From: a virus
Lineage: Duplodnaviria; Heunggongvirae; Uroviricota; Caudoviricetes
Strand: one strand, 5' to 3'
Length of the DNA stretch: 35,031 nt
IMG/VR virus record: IMGVR_UViG_638341082_000010
Positions within the stretch are counted from its first letter, which is position 1; every line of letters begins with the position of its first letter. The translations under genes were made by a program, and so were the position numbers. The notes beneath the pieces were generated by a model. It was not told the DNA's origin. It made no database searches and saw only the letters and a list, made by a program, of their open reading frames with translations. This document shows, in pieces, positions 26,860 through 35,031 of the stretch.

Positions 26860-29703
26860 TCAATCTTTATCGTAAAAACTGCCACGCCCGGCATGGGCAC
26901 GCCGTTCCATTTCTGCCCTGACCATTTCACCGACCAGTTTCGCCAGTTCGCGGGGATTCTGCGTAACAACGTTATGCAGATGAACATGAATTTCACCACC
27001 AAATCCGGAGGCAACAGGCTCCCGGTTACGGGAAGTTGCAGGAACTGATGCCACTGGCGATCGTATGGCCTCCGCCACCGGGTGAGAGCTGGCCGCAACA
27101 ACAGGGACCAGCGCCGGAGGCAGCGGAGCCGGAACCACGGGGGTGATATTAATTGCGGGGGCAGGCTTACTGACCTGTGTAATCTTCCGCTCCTGCCACT
27201 CCCCACGAACAGCAAGTGCGCGGGGCAGGTTCTTAAAGACAATATCGCCGGGGCCAATGCGTTTTTTCGTCTCATCAACCAGCTTACCTGTGTTATCAGC
27301 AATTTTGCTGAGTCTGCGTAGCGTCCCGGTATTGCTGTCTGTGAGCGGTTTGTTGTCTTTGGGTTTATCACCTCCGGTGCCATTGCCATTTTCCACAGGC
27401 TTCGGCGGATTGATTTTCGCCAGGTCCCCCTGAAGTAAGGCTACCTTGTCCTGAAGAATGGCCGCACGCTGTGCGTCTTCGATTTTCTTGCGCGCCCTTT
27501 CCGCTTCATCCGGAAGGACGCCAAGTTTTTCAAGTATCCACGCCAGCGTATCCAGTAGCATTTTTGCAGGTGTCAGAACAAGTTGTAACGCACCGCCAAG
27601 AACGTTACCGAATATCTCGCCAGCACTGGTACATTTATCCAGCGTTTCCTTGCTGGACTCCATCGGTGACAGTAGCGATTTAAACCAGTTAAACACCTGG
27701 CTGATCCCGCTTCCGATTGCGTCAAAAACAGGACCAAACCGTTCAAAAGTTTCGCGCAACGGGGTCAGCCTTTCCATAATCCCGCTGAACACCCCGGCAA
27801 AAAATGCCCTGATGGGATCCCAGTATTTCCAGATAAGAACGGCAGCTCCGGCAAGCGCAGCCACGATAAGACCAACCGGACTGAACAGCGCCCCGATAGC
27901 ACCTCCCAGCAAAGAAACGGAACCCGTCACCATTCCCCATAGTGCTGGCAGGAGCCTGACAGCATTCATTGATCCGGTCAGGAGGGAAAAACCAAGACGC
28001 AGTTTTGCCAGCGGGCCAGCAAGCACACCAAGAGCAAGCGACAACGAGCCTACGGTTGCAGTCACTGCCAGCAGCGCACCGCCTGCAATCAGTAGCTGGC
28101 GCGTCAGTACAGGATGGGCCTGCGCCAGTACCGTCACCTTTGAGACCACCCGTGTTAGCCACTGCGTGACAGAACGCAGCGGACCGTCAACCAGATCACT
28201 GATGCGAATACGAAGACCTTCCCATGCGCTGTCGAGATTTTTCAGGTCGCCATCAAGGTTGTCGGCCATAACCTTTGCCGTGCGTTCAGCCTCACCGCGT
28301 GCGCCCTCAAGTTCTTTTCTCAGTTTGGGTAAGGAACCGTCACCCGCCGCATCAACGAGTGCCATAAACGATGTGAAAGCCTCTTCCCCGGCGATGTCCT
28401 TAAAGAAGGATACCCGGTCAACTTCCCCGTATTTGCGGGTAGCTTTATAAAGGTCAGCCAGCAGATCTTCCATCGGGCGCATTTTGCCCCCGGCATCCGA
28501 AACGGACACGCCCAGCTCTTTCAGAGCTTCTGCCGCCGCCTTTGGCGGTGATGCCAGACGAGCCAGGCTGGCACGCATTGCCGTCCCGGCATCACTCCCT
28601 CTGATGCCCATATTCGCCAGCACGCCCGCCATCGCTGCGGTCTGCTCCAGCGATATTCCCAGCTTACCCGCCACCGGACCTGCATATTTCATGGTTTCGC
28701 CCAGTGCGCGAAGGTCAGTGTTGGTACGGGTAAACGCTGCGGTGAGTGTGTCACCGACCCGGTCCATCTGGTCAGCAGAAAGGCCGAACTGCGTCAGGAT
28801 ATTTGAGCCAATATCTGCCGTCTCGCCGAGATCCATACCGCCAGCCGTTGCCATGCTCAGCACGCCGGGAAGCGCAGCCTGAATGGCCTGCGGAGTGAAG
28901 CCAGCCATTGCAAGAAATGCCTGTCCACTGGCGGCATCGCCTGCGGTGAACTGCGTTTCAGAGCCAAGTTTTAACGCCTGCTCACGCAGCGCCTTAAACT
29001 GCGGGCTGTTCTGGTCGATTCGCGTCAGTGCCTGAACGCGGGACATCTCTTTGCCGAACCCGATCGCAGGCTGCAAAAAACGCCCGGCAGCATAGCCGCC
29101 CGCCGCTGCCGCACCAATTGCCAGTGCACCACCTGTTTTCAGTTTTCCCGCTGTTTCCTGCGCGCGCGAATACCGCTCACGCGCCCGCGTTACACGCGCA
29201 AGCGCCTGCCGTTCGCGTTCAAGCTGATTGTTGTACTGTTCGGTGCGTCTGATGGCCTGCTGGATGGTGTTATCGCTGCCTGTCAGGGAAATGCCGTGGC
29301 GTTTCAGCTCTCCGCCAAGCTCCCGCATTTTCTGAATTTCCCGCGTGCGCGATTCATTCAGGCGTTCAAGCCGGGTGCTTAACTGCTGCATCAGCTTTTG
29401 TTGTTTTTCGCTGAGCACTGTACCCGTGCGTTGTAACTGATTAAGGGCGTTAAGCTGGCGTCGTGCTTTCACGATACCCGCATCCGCTTTACTGACAGCG
29501 TCGCGGGCGCGCTCAAATGAACGCGCCTGACGCTCGAGATTTTTGATCGCCCCCTGCGTTCGCTGGATGGAGTCACCAAACTGCCCCATCAGGCGGCGGG
29601 CGTTTTCGGCAGGCCGGGTCAGCCTGTCAACGGCGCTGAAAGCGACCCGGATATCAAGAGTCTTCATTGTCTGCATTCCCGCTGCGAAGTGCCGCCCGCT
29701 CAC
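26860..29703 (-). CDS. T: Tail tape measure protein T
   Basis: 947 aa, coiled-coil N-terminus and Gly/Ala-rich hydrophobic segments. Confidence 0.85.
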   Translation of the reverse strand: MSGRHFAAGMQTMKTLDIRVAFSAVDRLTRPAENARRLMGQFGDSIQRTQGAIKNLERQARSFERARDAVSKADAGIVKARRQLNALNQLQRTGTVLSEKQQKLMQQLSTRLERLNESRTREIQKMRELGGELKRHGISLTGSDNTIQQAIRRTEQYNNQLERERQALARVTRARERYSRAQETAGKLKTGGALAIGAAAAGGYAAGRFLQPAIGFGKEMSRVQALTRIDQNSPQFKALREQALKLGSETQFTAGDAASGQAFLAMAGFTPQAIQAALPGVLSMATAGGMDLGETADIGSNILTQFGLSADQMDRVGDTLTAAFTRTNTDLRALGETMKYAGPVAGKLGISLEQTAAMAGVLANMGIRGSDAGTAMRASLARLASPPKAAAEALKELGVSVSDAGGKMRPMEDLLADLYKATRKYGEVDRVSFFKDIAGEEAFTSFMALVDAAGDGSLPKLRKELEGARGEAERTAKVMADNLDGDLKNLDSAWEGLRIRISDLVDGPLRSVTQWLTRVVSKVTVLAQAHPVLTRQLLIAGGALLAVTATVGSLSLALGVLAGPLAKLRLGFSLLTGSMNAVRLLPALWGMVTGSVSLLGGAIGALFSPVGLIVAALAGAAVLIWKYWDPIRAFFAGVFSGIMERLTPLRETFERFGPVFDAIGSGISQVFNWFKSLLSPMESSKETLDKCTSAGEIFGNVLGGALQLVLTPAKMLLDTLAWILEKLGVLPDEAERARKKIEDAQRAAILQDKVALLQGDLAKINPPKPVENGNGTGGDKPKDNKPLTDSNTGTLRRLSKIADNTGKLVDETKKRIGPGDIVFKNLPRALAVRGEWQERKITQVSKPAPAINITPVVPAPLPPALVPVVAASSHPVAEAIRSPVASVPATSRNREPVASGFGGEIHVHLHNVVTQNPRELAKLVGEMVRAEMERRAHAGRGSFYDKD

Positions 29704-30183
29704 GCCAGCTAACCACTTCGCCGGGCGTCATCATGAAGATTTCGGCGGGCGACCAGTTAAAAATAACGGCAATATCTGCCACAAAGTCTTCTATGTGCTC
29801 AAAGCACACAACCGTGATCAGGCTTCCGTCGCCTGTTCGTTCTTCCCGCCAGAGTCCGCACCGCTCAAAAAATTTACGGCAACCACACATAACTGAATAA
29901 AGTCACGGGATGCCATTTTTTTGATCGTCACTTCATCCAGTCGCGGTGATGTCACTCGTGACAGCAGCGTAAACATGGATTCCGCTTTCAGATTCAGCAC
30001 ATCAGACAGCGACAAATCTCGCAGAGATCCAGCCTGCTCAATAGCCCCGGTGATCTCCACATACGTGATTTTTTCGCCGCCTCGCTCAATTGGTTGGGTA
30101 AGTTTTACGCCACGCTCACTGGTTTCTTTCACAGTGTCAGCAACTACCGTGTTTTCGGTATCGATGTTTTTCGTCTCTTTCAT
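29654..30183 (-). CDS. E+E' fusion made by -1 programmed frameshift
   Basis: Overlapping -1 frame stays open from 29902 to 29654 and overlaps the T start; T TTT TTG heptamer at 29866..29872. Confidence 0.65.
29818..30183 (-). CDS. E: Tail assembly chaperone E
   Basis: 121 aa between tube and tape measure genes; contains the slippery site. Confidence 0.75.
   Translation of the reverse strand: MKETKNIDTENTVVADTVKETSERGVKLTQPIERGGEKITYVEITGAIEQAGSLRDLSLSDVLNLKAESMFTLLSRVTSPRLDEVTIKKMASRDFIQLCVVAVNFLSGADSGGKNEQATEA
29866..29872 (-). other. -1 frameshift slippery heptamer T TTT TTG
   Basis: Read from sequence in the E frame (AAT TTT TTG); same heptamer as the classical P2 E/E' site. Confidence 0.7.
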
Positions 30184-30237
30184 CAGGAAACTCCTTTCAG
30201 TCAGAGGCGACGCACTGCGCCGCCTGCATATTACTTA

Positions 30238-30750
30238 TCAGCCAAGCCCAAGCGCGGAACGGATGCGATCGGGCACAATGTCCTTGCCGTCCTTCCGGTA
30301 AATGAAGTTCAGCAGGTCAATCTCCCACAACGGACGATCGTTAACACTCAGCTTGTAGTAGGTGTTTTTAATGGCGTAAGTGTGTGATGTGGCTTCGCCC
30401 TGTTTGGCTTCCCCCATATCAATTTCCGTCACGCGTCCGCGCATTTCGACTTCATACAGGTCGCTTTCTGCATCGGTGTAGTATTCACCCGCAAAACGCA
30501 GTAGCGTGCCGTCAATCGTGCCGCCATACTTAAGGAACAGCTCACGAACTGCGCCCCCCATGACAAAGCTCGCATCAAGCGCGGAGTCGTCCAGACCGAG
30601 ATCAATACTTACCGCACCCATCATGCCACCACCCCGGTAGCTGTCGGTTTTGCGCGTCAGTTTAGGCAGGGTGACGGACGTCACCTTACCCACTTCGTTT
30701 TCACCATCCACAAACAGCGTAAAAAAGCGAAGATGTTTTGGTACAGCCAT
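30238..30750 (-). CDS. FII: Tail tube protein FII
   Basis: 170 aa, directly downstream of the sheath gene. Confidence 0.85.
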   Translation of the reverse strand: MAVPKHLRFFTLFVDGENEVGKVTSVTLPKLTRKTDSYRGGGMMGAVSIDLGLDDSALDASFVMGGAVRELFLKYGGTIDGTLLRFAGEYYTDAESDLYEVEMRGRVTEIDMGEAKQGEATSHTYAIKNTYYKLSVNDRPLWEIDLLNFIYRKDGKDIVPDRIRSALGLG

Positions 30751-31934
30751 CAGGCACCTCCCAGCACCGCAAATGCGGGACCAAAGAATTCATCAGTAAA
30801 CGACTGGTAAAGCTCCATGTCTTCCAGCGGAGGAACGGGCGTATATTTGTAGCGAATACGCACACGCCCCTGACGTAAATCCGTGGTGCTGTTATCCACC
30901 ACGTCATACCAGCACGACGCCCCAATCAGTTTCCCGGCAGTAACCAGTGAATCCAGTTTTGCCCTGATGGCACTGATAACATCCTTCACGTTCGCAGGCG
31001 TCAGTGGACTATCGATGGTTTCAAACTGCGCTTCCGCAATTGAATCAGCCAGCACCTGTGCGGTTCGGGTATACACCTCAAAGATGTAGGCGTTCGTTTC
31101 CGGTGTGCGGTTGCCCCAGAAGCGGAACCCGTTGCGACGAATAATGGTCGTGATTTCTTTGTTGTTGAGGCTGTTGGCATCACTGTCTTCGGCCTGCAAC
31201 GACCAGAACACATGCCTGGACATCCCCAGCACATTTTTAACCGGAACGTTGGACAGCGATTTGTGCCAACCCTGCTCATGGTCAATGTACGCACGAAGGC
31301 CGCACGCATAGGCAGGCGCGGGGAACGTTTCGTTTTTGCCACTTTTCGGGTTGTAGGCGATGAAGTCCGGCCATAAGAGCATCACCTCACGTTCGTTGAA
31401 TTTCTGGCGGTAGGTAATCGCCTCAGCCATCGTGTTACAGCCGTGACATGAGGCATACACAAACGCGCGCAGTTTACCCGCAATCACGCACAGGGATTTT
31501 GTTACCGCCTCCGTGTCCAGCTCCGGCGCGGCCAGAATACGCGGACGGTATCCGATGCTTTCATCCTGCTCTGCAACAAGCAGCGCATACATCCCCGTAT
31601 AGCTGCCGTCAGATTCAGAACCACCGATAACCAGTTGATCCTGCGTTTTTCCGTCTTCTTCTTTGTGTTCAGCCACGCGAACGACGATCACCTTTGTACT
31701 CACCTGGTCTGCGATGGCCTTAAGCGCACGATAAAGCGTCCCCGTTGTCCCGCATTTTCCCAGCACGTCATTGACGCGGGTCAGCAGTGTGGGCTTGTTC
31801 AGCGGGAACAGCTTCGCGTCCGCATCATCCGCCGTTGCCACGATACCGATAACGCTGGAATCAACATCGTTAATCGCTGTTACCAGGTCGGTATTTTCCG
31901 TAACACGGGCACCATGAAAACGAGTTTCACTCAT
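30750..31934 (-). CDS. FI: Tail sheath protein FI
   Basis: 394 aa; motifs RILAAPELDT, KLRAF, IRRNGFRFWGNRT, YTPVPPLE typical of contractile sheath proteins. Confidence 0.9.
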   Translation of the reverse strand: MSETRFHGARVTENTDLVTAINDVDSSVIGIVATADDADAKLFPLNKPTLLTRVNDVLGKCGTTGTLYRALKAIADQVSTKVIVVRVAEHKEEDGKTQDQLVIGGSESDGSYTGMYALLVAEQDESIGYRPRILAAPELDTEAVTKSLCVIAGKLRAFVYASCHGCNTMAEAITYRQKFNEREVMLLWPDFIAYNPKSGKNETFPAPAYACGLRAYIDHEQGWHKSLSNVPVKNVLGMSRHVFWSLQAEDSDANSLNNKEITTIIRRNGFRFWGNRTPETNAYIFEVYTRTAQVLADSIAEAQFETIDSPLTPANVKDVISAIRAKLDSLVTAGKLIGASCWYDVVDNSTTDLRQGRVRIRYKYTPVPPLEDMELYQSFTDEFFGPAFAVLGGA

Positions 31935-32091
31935 AGCTTCAGCCCCTTGTATCCGTTAAATGATTCGGCAACAATCATCACCCACCACGCGCGTAATCTC
32001 ACCCCTGCGCCGTTCTCTCGCCACGGCGACAACAAAAAGCAGTAACCCCCTCCGCACGCACATGCGACCATGCCGCACAGGGAGGGAGCAG

Positions 32092-33198
32092 ATGACCGAC
32101 ACCACCATGCAATTGCTCAGTCAGGGCACAGACCCCGTAAAAATGCCGGATTTTGATATTCTCGCGGAGGGTAAAACGCTGTCAGGCGTGGCAGAGCGCC
32201 TGATGAGCCTGTCACTGACCGACAACCGGGGATTTGAGGCGGACCAGCTCACCATCACGCTGGATGATGCGGATGGTCAGTTGCAGCTACCGCCACGGGG
32301 CGCGCGCCTGACGGTTCTCATTGGCTGGAAGGGAGAACCGCTGACAGAAAAAGGCACTTACATTGTTGATGAAATCGCTCACGAAGGACCGCCGGACAGG
32401 CTGACTGTTTCAGCCAGAAGCGCAGATTTTCGGGATGAATTTAACGTTAAACGTGAGGTGTCCTGGCATGATGTGACCGTTGAGCGTGTGGTATCCGCCA
32501 TCGCTCATCGGTATGGTCTGAAACCGCAAATCAGCGAAATGCTGATGGATATCGAAATCGACCACGCCGACCAGACCGAAGAAAGCGACATGTCCTTCCT
32601 TACGCGCATGGCGGAAATGCTGGGTGCAATCACCACGGTAAAAAGCGGCAATCTGTTATTCATCATGCCAGGTGGTGGCGTGAACGCACAGGGCCAGCCG
32701 TTGCCCTCGTTCGCCATTACACGCAGCAGCGGCGATCGCCATCAGTTCCGCATTGCTGACCGCGAGGCGTATACGGGGGTACGCGCCTACTGGCTTGATC
32801 TTAATTACGGGAAAAAGAAAAAAGTCAGCGTGAAACGCCGTAAACCGCCAAAACCCAAAAAGGAGAAAAGCAGCCGTGAAGGTGATTATATGGAAGGCGC
32901 GGAAGGCAATGTGTTTGTGTTACGCAAGACTTATCAGAACGAGCAGGCAGCAAGACGCGCAGCGGCGGCAAAGTGGCAGCAACTACAACGCGGAGCCGCA
33001 TCATTCTCCATCACGCTGGCGCGTGGACGTGCAGAACTCTACCCCGAAATGCATGGCACGGTAACAGGATTTAAAAGCGAGATTGATAATCAGGACTGGA
33101 TTATTGCAAAAGCCGGGCACACCATTGATAACAGCGGCTTTACCACGCAGCTTGAGCTTGAGGCAAAAATCCCGGAATGGATAGCGGAAACAGAGTGA
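32092..33198 (+). CDS. D: Tail protein D (late control gene D family)
   Basis: 368 aa from ATG with GGGAGGGAG RBS; conserved position upstream of ogr. Confidence 0.85.
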   Translation: MTDTTMQLLSQGTDPVKMPDFDILAEGKTLSGVAERLMSLSLTDNRGFEADQLTITLDDADGQLQLPPRGARLTVLIGWKGEPLTEKGTYIVDEIAHEGPPDRLTVSARSADFRDEFNVKREVSWHDVTVERVVSAIAHRYGLKPQISEMLMDIEIDHADQTEESDMSFLTRMAEMLGAITTVKSGNLLFIMPGGGVNAQGQPLPSFAITRSSGDRHQFRIADREAYTGVRAYWLDLNYGKKKKVSVKRRKPPKPKKEKSSREGDYMEGAEGNVFVLRKTYQNEQAARRAAAAKWQQLQRGAASFSITLARGRAELYPEMHGTVTGFKSEIDNQDWIIAKAGHTIDNSGFTTQLELEAKIPEWIAETE

Positions 33199-33240
33199 GC
33201 AACTTAGAATAGCGGCAGCACCACGTTAAGGGAGGTCGCT

Positions 33241-33501
33241 ATGTTCCGTTGTCCGCTTTGTGGCGCATCTGCCCGTATCCGCACCAGTCGTCCGGAAAAT
33301 GATTCAAACACCGTGCGGCAAAAGTATTACCAGTGTAACAATCTGGAATGCGGCGTATGCTTCTCAACACTGGAAGCTTTCCATAAATTCACATCGAAAC
33401 ACGCCTCCGGCGTTCACTCATCAGAAGGTATCCCGTGGCATGAGCTGCCAGCTTCACACAGGGGAAACAATCAGATGAGTTTGCCTTTACCTCAGAATTA
33501 A
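33241..33501 (+). CDS. ogr: Ogr/Delta-family zinc-finger late transcription activator
   Basis: 86 aa; MFRCPLCG...YYQCNNLECG cysteine pattern resembles P2 Ogr. Confidence 0.85.
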   Translation: MFRCPLCGASARIRTSRPENDSNTVRQKYYQCNNLECGVCFSTLEAFHKFTSKHASGVHSSEGIPWHELPASHRGNNQMSLPLPQN

Positions 33502-33589
33502 CAGGCAGAATTGCCGGAGTAACAAAAAAGCGATAGATTACGTGCGGGTGCCTTTCGGCTGATGGTCGGAGGGAATACCCGAAGGCCAG

Positions 33590-33826
33590 ATGTGGAAAGG
33601 CCCCGGAAAACATTTCTGTTTAACCGAGGCCCTAACACTTCTTACCTTCGCAAGTAGAAGATTAGCGCCTCTCCTCTCAGGAGACAAGCGTTATGACGCA
33701 AATTCCGTTAAAAACCCTGTTACTTTGCATAACTGCGGTAGCGATAATCTGGATCCTCCACACATCACCGTGCGAGTTACGATTCAGGTTTGCTGGCACG
33801 GAAATTGCGGCATTCTTACTATGTAA
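33590..33826 (+). CDS. mok-like overlapping reading frame of a type I toxin locus
   Basis: 78-aa ORF that contains the hok-like ORF in another frame, as in hok/mok loci. Confidence 0.4.
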   Translation: MWKGPGKHFCLTEALTLLTFASRRLAPLLSGDKRYDANSVKNPVTLHNCGSDNLDPPHITVRVTIQVCWHGNCGILTM

Positions 33827-33833
33827 TAAGTAA
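33693..33833 (+). CDS. hok: Hok/Gef-family membrane toxin, 46 aa
   Basis: MTQIPLKTLLLCITAVAIIWILHTSPCELRFRFAGTEIAAFLLCNK: transmembrane helix then CE.R...G.E.AAF motif characteristic of Hok/Gef; AGGAG RBS. Confidence 0.65.
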   Translation: MTQIPLKTLLLCITAVAIIWILHTSPCELRFRFAGTEIAAFLLCNK

Positions 33834-33919
33834 GATAACCGCGACGGGGGAGTAATCCCCCGTCAATCGGTTGCTAAGGTTGGTCGAAACGGCACCCTAT
33901 CTCACAGACATGAACAACA

Positions 33920-33953
33920 AACCCGCAGCGTAAAAACTGCGGGTTTTCTTTTT
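33920..33953 (+). terminator. Intrinsic terminator (AACCCGCAG-N8-CTGCGGGTT then TTCTTTTT)
   Basis: 9-bp stem plus U-tract about 90 nt after the hok stop. Confidence 0.65.
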
Positions 33954-34000
33954 GCTGCCCTCACAAATGAGGGCACCATACATAAGCAATAGGCATAACA

Positions 34001-34035
34001 GATCGATGCAATAAATCCGATCGATAAAAACGATC
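34001..34035. promoter_or_regulatory. Cluster of three GATC sites (GATCGAT repeats) upstream of the com-like gene
   Basis: GATC at about 34001, 34019 and 34032, read from sequence. Confidence 0.55.
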
Positions 34036-34082
34036 GATTTGTTATCATATCGGCAGCAGTAACCACACAAGAGGTGCCGCAA

Positions 34083-34280
34083 ATGACGCAAAATGTACGA
34101 TGCAAAAATTGCAACAAACTACTTGCCCGCGCCTCATTTCACTACATTGAAATAAAATGTCCGCGCTGCAAAACACTTAACCAGATAACGAGAGCCATCG
34201 AGCACCCCACACACATGAGGAGTTATGACCGTGGGGATCGCAATCCAGCACCAACCAGCACATACACCGGAACACACTAA
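34083..34280 (+). CDS. com: Mu Com-like zinc-finger protein
   Basis: 65 aa from ATG with AGAGG RBS; RCKNCNKLL...HYIEIKCPRCK closely resembles Mu Com. Confidence 0.75.
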   Translation: MTQNVRCKNCNKLLARASFHYIEIKCPRCKTLNQITRAIEHPTHMRSYDRGDRNPAPTSTYTGTH

Positions 34281-35031
34281 GGTTTATCAGACTGACAATG
34301 CCACGCTCTGTCGTGGGAATGCGCTGGAAATATTGCCGCTGATTGAGCCAGAAAGTATTGATGCCTTAATCACTGACCCGCCTTACAGTTCAGGCGCGAC
34401 ACACAAGGCCGGACGCACCAACCAGGGCAGCCATGCAAAATATCTGAACGGCGAGAACCTTCACCGCTTTGATGGGTTCGCGGGTGAAAACATGGACGCC
34501 CGTTCGTGGGCTTACTGGACACAATTATGGATGGCACAGGCACACCGCGCAGTCAGGCCGGGCGGTTATGCCCTGGTATTTACTGACTGGCGACAACTAC
34601 CAGCTTTAACCGATGCGTTTCAGGCCAGTGGCTTTACATGGCGCGGCATCATTGCGTGGAACAAGGGGAGGGGGTCACGAACACCACATACCGGGTATTT
34701 CCGGCATCAGTGCGAATACATCGTCTGGGGCAGCAAAGGCCATTTAGATAAATCGCCTTCGGGACCGTTCGACGGCTGCATGACGTTCCCGGTTATCCCG
34801 TCAAAGAAAATGCACCCGACCGGAAAACCAGAAGAACTAATGGCGGAACTGGTCAGGACTGTGAATAGTGGCGGAACAGTCCTTGATCCTTTTATGGGGT
34901 CAGGGACAACGGGTGTGGCTGCACTGAAAGCAGGGCGAAAATTTATTGGTATAGAAACCAGCGATCATTATTTTGAGGTAGCAGCGCAGCGGCTTCGGGG
35001 GACTATTACCACAACCATTTCGGCTACATAA
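34225..35031 (+). CDS. DNA methyltransferase, beta-class amino-MTase (N6-adenine or N4-cytosine)
   Basis: 268 aa; DPPY catalytic motif near the N-terminus and FMGSGTT AdoMet motif near the C-terminus; start overlaps the com 3' end. Confidence 0.85.
   Translation: MTVGIAIQHQPAHTPEHTKVYQTDNATLCRGNALEILPLIEPESIDALITDPPYSSGATHKAGRTNQGSHAKYLNGENLHRFDGFAGENMDARSWAYWTQLWMAQAHRAVRPGGYALVFTDWRQLPALTDAFQASGFTWRGIIAWNKGRGSRTPHTGYFRHQCEYIVWGSKGHLDKSPSGPFDGCMTFPVIPSKKMHPTGKPEELMAELVRTVNSGGTVLDPFMGSGTTGVAALKAGRKFIGIETSDHYFEVAAQRLRGTITTTISAT

Larger units (their letters stand above)
1..33501. mobile_element. P2-like temperate myovirus prophage (int through ogr); att sites not identified
   Basis: Gene content and order match the P2 prophage map (int, C, cox, A, Q, P, O, N, M, L, X, lysis, R, S, V, W, J, I, H, G, tail block, D, ogr); window begins at the int stop codon. 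Confidence 0.85.

Noticed and set aside
27458-28450. 330-aa plus-strand ORF and several shorter ORFs on both strands across 26860..29703
   Set aside because: All lie inside or antisense to the tape measure gene; Ser/Ala/Pro-rich translations typical of non-coding frames.
29916-29922. A7 run (AAAAAAA on the coding strand) in gene E as a possible frameshift site
   Set aside because: The -1 frame is closed by a stop codon at about 29903..29905 just downstream; the T TTT TTG heptamer at 29866..29872 is the only site from which the E' frame is open.
32800-32890. Lys/Arg-rich stretch (KKKKVSVKRRKPPKPKKEK) inside gpD
   Set aside because: Most likely a flexible basic linker within a structural protein; no evidence of an inserted domain or separate gene.
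33502-34073. attR core or tRNA integration target to the right of ogr
   Set aside because: No tRNA-like sequence recognised, and the matching attL copy would lie left of position 1, outside the window, so the boundary cannot be set from this sequence alone.

Overview
The window is almost entirely a P2-like temperate myovirus prophage in an enterobacterial-type genome. All product calls rest on motifs and family resemblance read directly from the translations; no database search or computation was run, and base-level coordinates of small features are hand-derived (about +/-3 bp). Layout, left to right: integrase, C-type repressor and Cox-like regulator; a block of small early genes; rolling-circle replication protein A; a cargo hotspot holding a ParM/ParR actin-type partition cassette plus lower-GC unknown genes; a cos-like non-coding region; one cargo gene beside the portal; capsid and terminase module (Q, P divergent from O, N, M, L); lysis cassette (X, holin, M15 endolysin, overlapped spanins); R, S, V, W, J, I; tail fibre H with tandem repeats and chaperone G; a low-GC hexapeptide acetyltransferase moron; the sheath-tube-E/E'-tape measure-U block, inverted relative to P2; then D and ogr. 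Right of ogr are a hok/mok-type type I toxin locus and a Mu com-like zinc-finger gene overlapping a beta-class DNA methyltransferase with three clustered GATC sites upstream. No tRNA, rRNA or CRISPR array was seen and the att sites could not be located. The best candidates for undescribed biology are the parMR cassette with its neighbouring unknown genes in the A-to-Q hotspot, and the com-methyltransferase module.
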